Below are positions 38,249-45,375 of a stretch of 64,000 bases of DNA, piece after piece. The DNA comes from an uncultured Candidatus Poseidoniales archaeon. GTDB taxonomy: Archaea; Thermoplasmatota; Poseidoniia; Poseidoniales; Poseidoniaceae. The position numbers and the translations under genes are program-made. The stretch spans positions 528 to 64,527 of the forward strand of contig CABYOM010000001.1 in NCBI GenBank assembly GCA_902520595.1, read 5' to 3'. The number at the start of each line of letters is the position of its first letter. Positions within the stretch are counted from its first letter, which is position 1. The notes under the pieces were generated by a model. That model saw only the letters and a list, made by a program, of their open reading frames with translations, had not been told where the DNA came from and searched no databases.

Positions 38249-39801
38249 TCCATCCCCTCCGCCTTTGTGATTGATTGAGGGGGGGCATTCGTGTCTTCTT
38301 GGTCCCAAAGAGCATTTTCAAGTTGTTGAACACCGTCTTTTCGAGATACAATTCCCTGCGAAAGATTGCAATACACTTCATTATAACGCGCATTCCAATT
38401 GACCGAGCCAATACTCGAAATGTTTTGCCCTGTCAGGCGCTGAAGAGCAGAAATAGCTTGTAGAGAGCCTACAAAAGCGTTGGTAATGGCGAGTGAGGAA
38501 AGGGGTACTTCGCCATCTTCTTGACACGAATATACAACCTGGTCATGAGCAACTGAAGGACCATATATTTCGACTAAATTCGTATTTGAAAATTCGGTAT
38601 ATTGTGCAAACAATCCTGTGATTCCTCCGTTTACATACGGTTGATTTTTCCGAGCAGCGATCAAATCAGCAAGAACGCGAGGGCGCATTGCATCAAGACA
38701 GCCAAGAATAGCATCAGTGTGTTCAAGTTGAAGCCGTATTCCATCATCATTCAAAACCTCATAGTGTTGAAGAATGGATTCATCAGTGTCGAAAAGCAAT
38801 TCATCAAGGGCAAATCCTTCTTCTTCATCGGTTTCAACGGTGTTTTGAGGAGATTGAAGGAGGCCATCATGCAGTTCGTAAGCGATTGAAATTTCGGCGT
38901 CGGGAAGGTTGCGATTCAACCAGTCTTTAGCAGCTTCAATTTTTGGCCTTCCAATATCTGCTTCGGAAAAAATAACTTGCCGGTTGAGATTATGACGTTC
39001 AACTTCCATATCTTTATCGAAAACAAGAAGTTGCAGATCACTAAAATTAGAATTTTTTAATCCATTCACGATCGAATGCAGCGCCCACGTACCTAAGCCT
39101 CCTGCCCCAACGATGGTCAAATGACCTGAAGGGTTGGTCTTTGGTTCAGGGAGCGTAAAACGCATGACTGGAAATTTAGGATGAATATTTTCATCCCCAC
39201 CATACACCTGAAGTTTCTTGAGAAGTTCTTGTACCAAGGGAGTATCATCATCTAAACGCATCATTACTCGCTTATGGCCGGTTCCGTCATTTACAGAACG
39301 GATGTTGATGTGAGAATTAATTCCTTCAAGTTGGAAATCGAGATGATTGATACTTCCTTTCATCGAAGGCTCGTTCACCCGAACATTCACTGAAACGGAG
39401 ACTTTTGGCACATCGACTGGAGTGTAGCACTTGGCTCGTCGAAAAATCTCACTCCAAATCAAGCATGCTGAAAGAGTAGCTAGAGAGGGTTCAAAAATCG
39501 GATGAGCGGGTTTTTCGCAAGGTGTGCCGTCGAGAAATACGCCTCCTTGGCCATAGGATACAAGTATCATTGATGGGTCATGTTTCCATTCGAAATCTAT
39601 TGAATCATGAACCCATGAAAGAGTAAATTCCGAGCCTTCAGATTTACTCGGGAAATTCTTTACTCCCAATTGGTCAGCTAATTGCTTCATGGAGTGTTTC
39701 AATGCCTGTGGAATTGATTCCTCATCCACGAAAGTCACGTTTAGTGATTCTACTCTCTCTTGGTGAACCAGACCCCGTTGTCGACTAAAGATATCACTCA
39801 T
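38245..39801 (-). CDS. E1-like (ThiF/MoeB/UBA-family) adenylating enzyme A, two-lobed
   Basis: The C-terminal half has 'LTIVGAGGLGTWAL', 'DKDMEVERHNLNRQ', 'DIGRPKIEAAK', 'CLDAMRPRVL' and 'SCQEDGEVP'. The N-terminal half starts with the ThiF-type 'FSRQRGLV' but lacks GxGxxG. Its ATGA overlap with the Cdc48 stop places the start at 39801. Confidence 0.8.
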   Translation of the reverse strand: MSDIFSRQRGLVHQERVESLNVTFVDEESIPQALKHSMKQLADQLGVKNFPSKSEGSEFTLSWVHDSIDFEWKHDPSMILVSYGQGGVFLDGTPCEKPAHPIFEPSLATLSACLIWSEIFRRAKCYTPVDVPKVSVSVNVRVNEPSMKGSINHLDFQLEGINSHINIRSVNDGTGHKRVMMRLDDDTPLVQELLKKLQVYGGDENIHPKFPVMRFTLPEPKTNPSGHLTIVGAGGLGTWALHSIVNGLKNSNFSDLQLLVFDKDMEVERHNLNRQVIFSEADIGRPKIEAAKDWLNRNLPDAEISIAYELHDGLLQSPQNTVETDEEEGFALDELLFDTDESILQHYEVLNDDGIRLQLEHTDAILGCLDAMRPRVLADLIAARKNQPYVNGGITGLFAQYTEFSNTNLVEIYGPSVAHDQVVYSCQEDGEVPLSSLAITNAFVGSLQAISALQRLTGQNISSIGSVNWNARYNEVYCNLSQGIVSRKDGVQQLENALWDQEDTNAPPQSITKAEGME

Positions 39802-41987
39802 GGTATCACCCACTCGCCTTCATCATCATTATCGTCATCCCAATCGTCATCAAGAATCACATTCTTTTCAACGGAGGCAACGGCTCTCAACAAATGACGT
39901 GAAACGCGAAGACCTTGTTCCAAATCTTCTGTTTTCAGACATACCTCGGTCTTTTCAGCGATGCAGCGACGAGCTGAACAATGCTTGATTTGATCAATGA
40001 ATCCCTTCAATTCTGCACCTGTGGCTTTGTCTCTCAAACGAAGAACTGTGTTCAACCATTCTTGATTGGAAATAGTTGATGGAATATCTTCAATCTGGTA
40101 TTGGAAGAACTCAAAGAAGAGGTCATTGGTGAGTGGCCCAACCTCAATGGATTTACTGAAGCGCCCTGGGCGCAAAAATGCTTCATCGACCAGTTCGATT
40201 TTGTTGGTAGACGCCATAAGATAAATCCCATCTGCAGGCTTCAATCCATCCATCATGGTCAACAATTGAGCCACAACGGAACTCGAATGATGAGCACCTT
40301 CGGAATTATCTCGGTTTCGACCTACTGCGTCGAACTCATCGAAAAACAAGACAACTGGGGCGAGTTCTTCCGCTCGTTGGAACAATTCTCGAACAGCGCG
40401 TTCACTTTCACCAACCCACTTGGACAAGAAATCCGGTCCAGATACGGCCATGAATTGTACGTTTGCCAAACTCGCAGCTGCGCGACCAAGCATGGTTTTA
40501 CCAGTACCGGGCGGTCCGTGAAGCAGGACACCGCCGGAACATGAAAGACCGAGAGATGCATAGATTTCAGGATTGTTAATGGGGTGAACAAGGTGATCGA
40601 TAATCTCGCTTTTAGCACTCGCATGCCCAATCACAGCATCCATTTCAACACGGCCCATTGTTGCCGGACGGCGTTGCTGTGTTGCCCAAGGAGTAAATTT
40701 CTCAAATGCTTGTTCAAAGTCTACAGTCAAGATTTTTAGCCCTTCTAGTTCCCTTTCAGTGAAGTTTTCAGGATTCGTAAGTCTTGGCAGACCGAACTCA
40801 CGATGAAGTCCTTCACCACTCGCATGGCGGCACAAGTTCGCCAGGTCTGCACCGGTGCAGCCTACTGTTTTCATAGCCCAATCGGAAAGGGAAACTCCTT
40901 CCAATGGCATGTTTTTAGAATGTATTTCAAGGATTTTCTCACGGCCATTAACATCAGGATAAGGGACGTGGATTCGGCGGTCAAACCGGCCTGCACGAAG
41001 AAGGGCGGGATCAATTGTTTCGAGAAGATTTGTCGAACCAACGACCAAAACTTGCCCTCGGTCTTCAAACCCATCCAGTTGAATAAGAAGTTCAGTCAAT
41101 ATTCGCTTTTCAAGTTCACCACGACTGTTCTTACGGTCTCCGGCAATAGCATCGATTTCATCGATATAAATGACAGAAGGAGCTTCTCGCTTCGCTTCAG
41201 CAAACTTTTCACGAAGAGCTTGTTCAGAAGCACCGTATACACCACTGATAATTTCAGGGCCACTGATACAGATAAAATTGCATTGAGCCTCTCGGGCTAA
41301 AGCACGTGCAAGGAGCGTTTTTCCTACACCGGGCGGGCCGTAAAGAAGTATTCCTCGCGGAGGTTCCTGTCCCGATTTAACATAAATTTCAGGGTGGATA
41401 AGTGGTACAATTGCAATCTCTTTAATCGCTTCAATGGTTTTGTCAAGTCCACCTATGTCATCAAAAGAAACCGATGGGACATCAATAATTGAACGTCGTG
41501 ACTTTTTACCAATAATTTGGATGTCGATGTCAGGGGTGAGCCAACCATGCTGTGGGCGGCAACGTGTAACTTGAAGTTCGAGTGGCTCTCCATTCAGAGA
41601 AACTGTAAAGTGGTCATCTTTGGAAAGATAAACATCACGAATTGCCGCCTTAACGAGGGGCATTTCGTGGTCTTCGAGGGAACGAGTTGTAGGTTGAATT
41701 CGGACCTTAGCAAATGGGCCTTGAACCTTGAGGTGATCAATCTCAACGGAATCGCCTTCATTGATTTGCGCGTTGATTCGAAGAGTAGGCCCAAGGGCAA
41801 CTGAATCGTAAGGAATGTTCGGGTCGTATCGCAAAACCGCAACCGTGGTTTTTTGGCCTATAATTCGTACAGGGGAACGGCTCGCATAACCGTTGTCTTC
41901 AGCCGCTTGCGTATTCATGTAAACATCGTCTCCAGCTCCGCCATCAATCATTGGTGCAATACAGGTAAATTGGTTCATAATAATCAT
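39798..41987 (-). CDS. Cdc48/p97/VAT-like double-ring AAA+ ATPase
   Basis: N-domain pattern ('VRIIGQKTTVAVL...RINAQINEGDSVEI'). D1 has 'LLYGPPGVGKTLLARA...VIYIDEIDAI'. D2 has 'LLHGPPGTGKTMLGRA...VLFFDEFDAV'. The acidic tail is 'DDDWDDDNDDEGEWVIP'. Confidence 0.88.
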   Translation of the reverse strand: MIIMNQFTCIAPMIDGGAGDDVYMNTQAAEDNGYASRSPVRIIGQKTTVAVLRYDPNIPYDSVALGPTLRINAQINEGDSVEIDHLKVQGPFAKVRIQPTTRSLEDHEMPLVKAAIRDVYLSKDDHFTVSLNGEPLELQVTRCRPQHGWLTPDIDIQIIGKKSRRSIIDVPSVSFDDIGGLDKTIEAIKEIAIVPLIHPEIYVKSGQEPPRGILLYGPPGVGKTLLARALAREAQCNFICISGPEIISGVYGASEQALREKFAEAKREAPSVIYIDEIDAIAGDRKNSRGELEKRILTELLIQLDGFEDRGQVLVVGSTNLLETIDPALLRAGRFDRRIHVPYPDVNGREKILEIHSKNMPLEGVSLSDWAMKTVGCTGADLANLCRHASGEGLHREFGLPRLTNPENFTERELEGLKILTVDFEQAFEKFTPWATQQRRPATMGRVEMDAVIGHASAKSEIIDHLVHPINNPEIYASLGLSCSGGVLLHGPPGTGKTMLGRAAASLANVQFMAVSGPDFLSKWVGESERAVRELFQRAEELAPVVLFFDEFDAVGRNRDNSEGAHHSSSVVAQLLTMMDGLKPADGIYLMASTNKIELVDEAFLRPGRFSKSIEVGPLTNDLFFEFFQYQIEDIPSTISNQEWLNTVLRLRDKATGAELKGFIDQIKHCSARRCIAEKTEVCLKTEDLEQGLRVSRHLLRAVASVEKNVILDDDWDDDNDDEGEWVIP

Positions 41988-42021
41988 TCCATCTTGTTAT
42001 TTCTTTGAGATTCTAGTTTTT

Positions 42022-42035
42022 TGTTAAATATGATA
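42022..42035 (-). promoter_or_regulatory. Palindromic TATA-like motif copy (TATCATATTTAACA)
   Basis: Overlaps the last codons and stop of E1-B, 34-43 nt upstream of the Cdc48 start. Confidence 0.35.
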
Positions 42036-43568
42036 TTTGCAAGGTTCATCAAACCAAGGCGGCTGGGTTGGAGCGAATTGTTCAATCTGTCCTTCGAACC
42101 AGGTGCCTCGGAAATTACGATCTTTGTAATCGGGATTCAAATTCATCATCGTCAGTAAAGCCATCATAGAACCAACCCATGCCGTTGAAGTCACAATTGA
42201 AGCAATTGGTCGAATACCCTCTTCAGTACAAGAGATTACTTCGCTTGAGCGAGCGTTTTCTTTACCATAACGGCAAACCATGCAACCTTTTTGACCGAAG
42301 GTTTCAACGACTCCATGAAGTGCTTCAGTTGCACCATTTATCATGACACGCCCATTGTTAATTGCAGCCTCATTCAGAATTGTTCGAGCGACCATGTTGT
42401 CAAGACAAGCGAGATATATGCTGCTCTTACTTAATGCGTCAAACAACAGTGAAGGTTCAAGCCCGAGGTCATCAAACTCTTCCTCAAAATCGAAATCCTC
42501 TTGCACCAAATGATGTGGAGTGAGATACTCAAAATACGATTCAACATGAATCTTGAGATTCAGTGATTGGAGCTGTTGAGCAGCGGTCAATGCTTTCATT
42601 GAACCAACGTGGGTTTCATTGTAGAGTACTTGGCGATTGAGATTATGAAGTTCTATTTCTGCATCGCCATCGACAACGTGAATCGTTCCTTCTTCCATCT
42701 GCTCAACAAGTAAAGGGGCGCTCCAACTGCCAAGTCCACCTGCTCCCAAGAGGACGATATCATGACCAGAAAGAGACCATGAGGAATCGAATACCTCAAC
42801 AGGTGCATCCCATGGGATCAAACCCAAATCATCTGAAACTGAAAGTTGTTTTTGCGAAGACTGCATCGTTCGAGAAAGGAAATCAAAAGGACTCAAGTTT
42901 GGTTGAGTCGATGGTCGATATCGAGCAAGTGTCGCATGACCATCGCTGGTTAATTGCACGTCAACCAGTGTCCCATCAATTCCCGTGATATGTTTTCTCA
43001 CTTCTTCAAAGTCCGTAGATTCAACGCGGCATGTGACTGTAAACCATGCGTCGCTAATTTTCATGTGGGCCATACAATCAGCATCTCGAAGCATTTGTTG
43101 TAACATTGTTGCAGCTACAGCCACTCGCATCGATGGAGTAAGAACATGCTCTGAATAAATGGGGGATGGCGAAAGAGGTTGACGAGAAATTTTCGCTCGA
43201 ACTCCTTTCGCATAACCATAAAGATCAGCATGTTGAATGGCATGTGACGGATTCAGGCAAAGATGGTAGTCAAATGAAAGAGGTTCAGATTCTTTTAATG
43301 AGGTAAAGGTCTGACGAAACTGAGGACTTTCTTGCTCCCAATCCTCCCATCGCTTCGCGTTTGGAAAAGTAAGTTTCCAAAACACAGAATCCGGCAGAAC
43401 ATTTGGTCGGAGTACTCCGATGAATCCTGACTCTTGCCCTATACCAAACTGCGAGAGGAGAACAAGAAGGTCGCTTACGCCACCAGAGCTTCCAGAAACG
43501 AGTATTTTCAGATTTGAAACTTGTTCTTGGTCAACAAGACCTCGTTGGCGTCGATATTTATCATTCAT
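42024..43568 (-). CDS. E1-like adenylating enzyme B, two-lobed paralog
   Basis: 'YRRQRGLV' then degenerate 'ILVSGSSGGVSDL' in the N-lobe. The C-lobe has 'IVLLGAGGLGSWSA', 'DGDAEIELHNLNRQ', 'CLDNMVARTIL', 'GCMVCRYG' and 'SCTEEGIRP'. The start is taken at 'MNDKYRRQRGLV'. Confidence 0.8.
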   Translation of the reverse strand: MNDKYRRQRGLVDQEQVSNLKILVSGSSGGVSDLLVLLSQFGIGQESGFIGVLRPNVLPDSVFWKLTFPNAKRWEDWEQESPQFRQTFTSLKESEPLSFDYHLCLNPSHAIQHADLYGYAKGVRAKISRQPLSPSPIYSEHVLTPSMRVAVAATMLQQMLRDADCMAHMKISDAWFTVTCRVESTDFEEVRKHITGIDGTLVDVQLTSDGHATLARYRPSTQPNLSPFDFLSRTMQSSQKQLSVSDDLGLIPWDAPVEVFDSSWSLSGHDIVLLGAGGLGSWSAPLLVEQMEEGTIHVVDGDAEIELHNLNRQVLYNETHVGSMKALTAAQQLQSLNLKIHVESYFEYLTPHHLVQEDFDFEEEFDDLGLEPSLLFDALSKSSIYLACLDNMVARTILNEAAINNGRVMINGATEALHGVVETFGQKGCMVCRYGKENARSSEVISCTEEGIRPIASIVTSTAWVGSMMALLTMMNLNPDYKDRNFRGTWFEGQIEQFAPTQPPWFDEPCKYHI

Positions 43569-43572
43569 TTTA

Positions 43573-44127
43573 TCACCGGGTTCGAGCGCGATCATCGGGG
43601 TTTGGATTTTTCAATACATCCTCAATTTGATGCAACAAAAAACCTAATTTTTCCTTCTCTGTTTGATAGGTTGCAAATTGTTCAGAAAACCCTGGGCCCA
43701 TACACACCCCACATATTTCTCTTTGAGGAAGAATGTTGTATCTCCCTTTTTCAAAGATATTCTCGTGTAAAATATTCTCACACTTTGGTGTCAAAATGAA
43801 TACCTGTGGCGCTTCTGAAAAGGAACGTGAATCAATAAGAATTTGATAGTTCATCGCGGTGTAATCTCGGCTTGAGACAACACCCTGAAGATTGACAACA
43901 AAAGCTCCTACTGTGGTTTTTGAACTGTGGTCACGAATTAGATTAAGCGAAGGGTAAGAAGTTAATTTAAAACTATCAAACACTGCTTTCGATAAACTCG
44001 AACCCGAACGAACTCGAAGAGGGACAAGGTACTCATTCCGACTGTTTTCTCGGCTTCGCTCTGCCTCAGATGCTCTACGCAGAAAATCGCCATTGCCATT
44101 AAAAATTCCATATTCTTCATTATCCAT
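43573..44127 (-). CDS. UBC-fold E2-like ubiquitin-conjugating enzyme
   Basis: 'NYQILIDSRSFSEAPQVFILTPKCENILHENIFEKGRYNILPQREICGVCMG...LGFLLHQIEDVLKNPNPDD' follows the E2 core pattern: Y.i.i...P.v.f, H(P)N(I), a catalytic Cys, and ..LL..PNPDD. The track start is a GTG at 44136. Confidence 0.7.
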   Translation of the reverse strand: MDNEEYGIFNGNGDFLRRASEAERSRENSRNEYLVPLRVRSGSSLSKAVFDSFKLTSYPSLNLIRDHSSKTTVGAFVVNLQGVVSSRDYTAMNYQILIDSRSFSEAPQVFILTPKCENILHENIFEKGRYNILPQREICGVCMGPGFSEQFATYQTEKEKLGFLLHQIEDVLKNPNPDDRARTR

Positions 44128-44170
44128 ATTCTTCACTTCACTTTTTTGATTTCTTGAAACCGTTTCATAT

Positions 44171-44184
44171 CATTAAATTTGACA
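44171..44184 (-). promoter_or_regulatory. Palindromic TATA-like motif copy (TGTCAAATTTAATG)
   Basis: Overlaps the stop of the 369-aa gene, 43 nt upstream of the ATG at 44127. Confidence 0.4.
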
Positions 44185-45282
44185 AGAGGGGTGAGTTCTT
44201 GGCACACCTTCAATTATCAACATACGCTTATTCGACGCATTGCGTGATATCCTAGCCACGGCCCATTGCCCCTTGGGATCAACCGAGATTCCAGGTTTCA
44301 AAGCGTAAGACATCTTAAGAGGGGAGTTTGGATGATGAATATTGTACAATTGGATAGGTTCCTCTGACTCAGGAACCTTGACAAAGACATAATGCCCATC
44401 TTGGTAATACGGTCGATTCACTAATGCAGGAGAGTTTTTCCGAGCGAAACGGACGAGGACTCCCTCACAAGATGCCCCTTTTTTCGGAGTGTTTCCTGAG
44501 ATGAGAGCACGTTGCCAACCGCCCGAGGGTTGGAGAACACTGCCTTTGAAGATACTTTGATTCTCTTTCGCTACCGAAGGAATCTTCATTTTACATGGAA
44601 CTGGTTTAATCTTCATTTTGTTGTATTTCTTGCCTATTTTGGGTTGATTGTTGTGCGGTTTGAAGCTAGATGGAACTGGTGTTAGGTCTGGACGGAAGAC
44701 CACGGTTTTACTTGCCTCCGCGTTACGAATTTCGCAGCATCCCCAAAATCCTCGAATACGTTCAATATCGGCGCATTGATAATTCACTTTGATATCTTCT
44801 TGTCCTGTTTGAGGATTGAATAGCGATACTGTATTTCCTTTTCTTGGCGCTTGTGCAAAGACGATGTCTCCGTCTAGATACGGTTCTCCTTCAGTTCGAA
44901 AACGGTACGCATAGGTACCATTTTTTTGATTACGAGGCGTGATGAATACATTGATGTAATCTCCAACCTCAATTCCTGGAATGATAAGTTTGGTTCCATC
45001 CAAGCATTCAGTTCCTGTAAAAGGGCCTTTCAAATTTGTTTCGCCCCAAATTGATTCTACGCGCTTCAACATCCCCAAATGGATCGTAGTCGGTGCTTTT
45101 CCTACGAGTTGATGGTTCAGTGAGTTTCCATGTTTATCCATAGCATACCTCAAACTACCATCTCGAGGTAAAAGGCCAGATTGACTCATTGCCTCATATA
45201 CAGTTGAAGTTTCATCCACGAGAACACGTGTTGAAAGGGTCTCATTTGAATCAAGAATAAACCTCACTTCTCGTAGAGACAT
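44173..45282 (-). CDS. Ubl-domain protein with beta-rich repeat region (possible substrate adaptor)
   Basis: The N-terminal ~75 aa are beta-grasp-like and similar to Ubl2 of the JAB protein ('GLLPRDGSLRYAMDKHGNSL' vs 'GLRPRDGSPLEVRDNHQEVV'), with no terminal GG. The rest is unrecognised. Confidence 0.5.
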   Translation of the reverse strand: MSLREVRFILDSNETLSTRVLVDETSTVYEAMSQSGLLPRDGSLRYAMDKHGNSLNHQLVGKAPTTIHLGMLKRVESIWGETNLKGPFTGTECLDGTKLIIPGIEVGDYINVFITPRNQKNGTYAYRFRTEGEPYLDGDIVFAQAPRKGNTVSLFNPQTGQEDIKVNYQCADIERIRGFWGCCEIRNAEASKTVVFRPDLTPVPSSFKPHNNQPKIGKKYNKMKIKPVPCKMKIPSVAKENQSIFKGSVLQPSGGWQRALISGNTPKKGASCEGVLVRFARKNSPALVNRPYYQDGHYVFVKVPESEEPIQLYNIHHPNSPLKMSYALKPGISVDPKGQWAVARISRNASNKRMLIIEGVPRTHPSCQI

Positions 45283-45375
45283 GCCTTGTTAAGCCAATGA
45301 GAAACTGAAAAACTGTTAAAATTAACAAAGTTTGGCCGTCATAGTAACTAAATAATATAGAAAGGAGGAACACTT
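45283..45375. promoter_or_regulatory. Divergent promoter region with perfect-armed palindrome TGTTAA-AA-TTAACA (45314-45327)
   Basis: Lies between the first minus-strand gene and the CARF-like/wHTH gene. The + side has AAATAATATAG and an AAAGGAGG RBS before the ATG at 45376. Confidence 0.5.

Noticed and set aside
39798-39860. Proteasome-docking HbYX tail on the Cdc48-like ATPase
   Set aside because: The C-terminus is '...DEGEWVIP'. It does not fit the hydrophobic-Tyr-X pattern, so a proteasome link cannot be inferred from the sequence.
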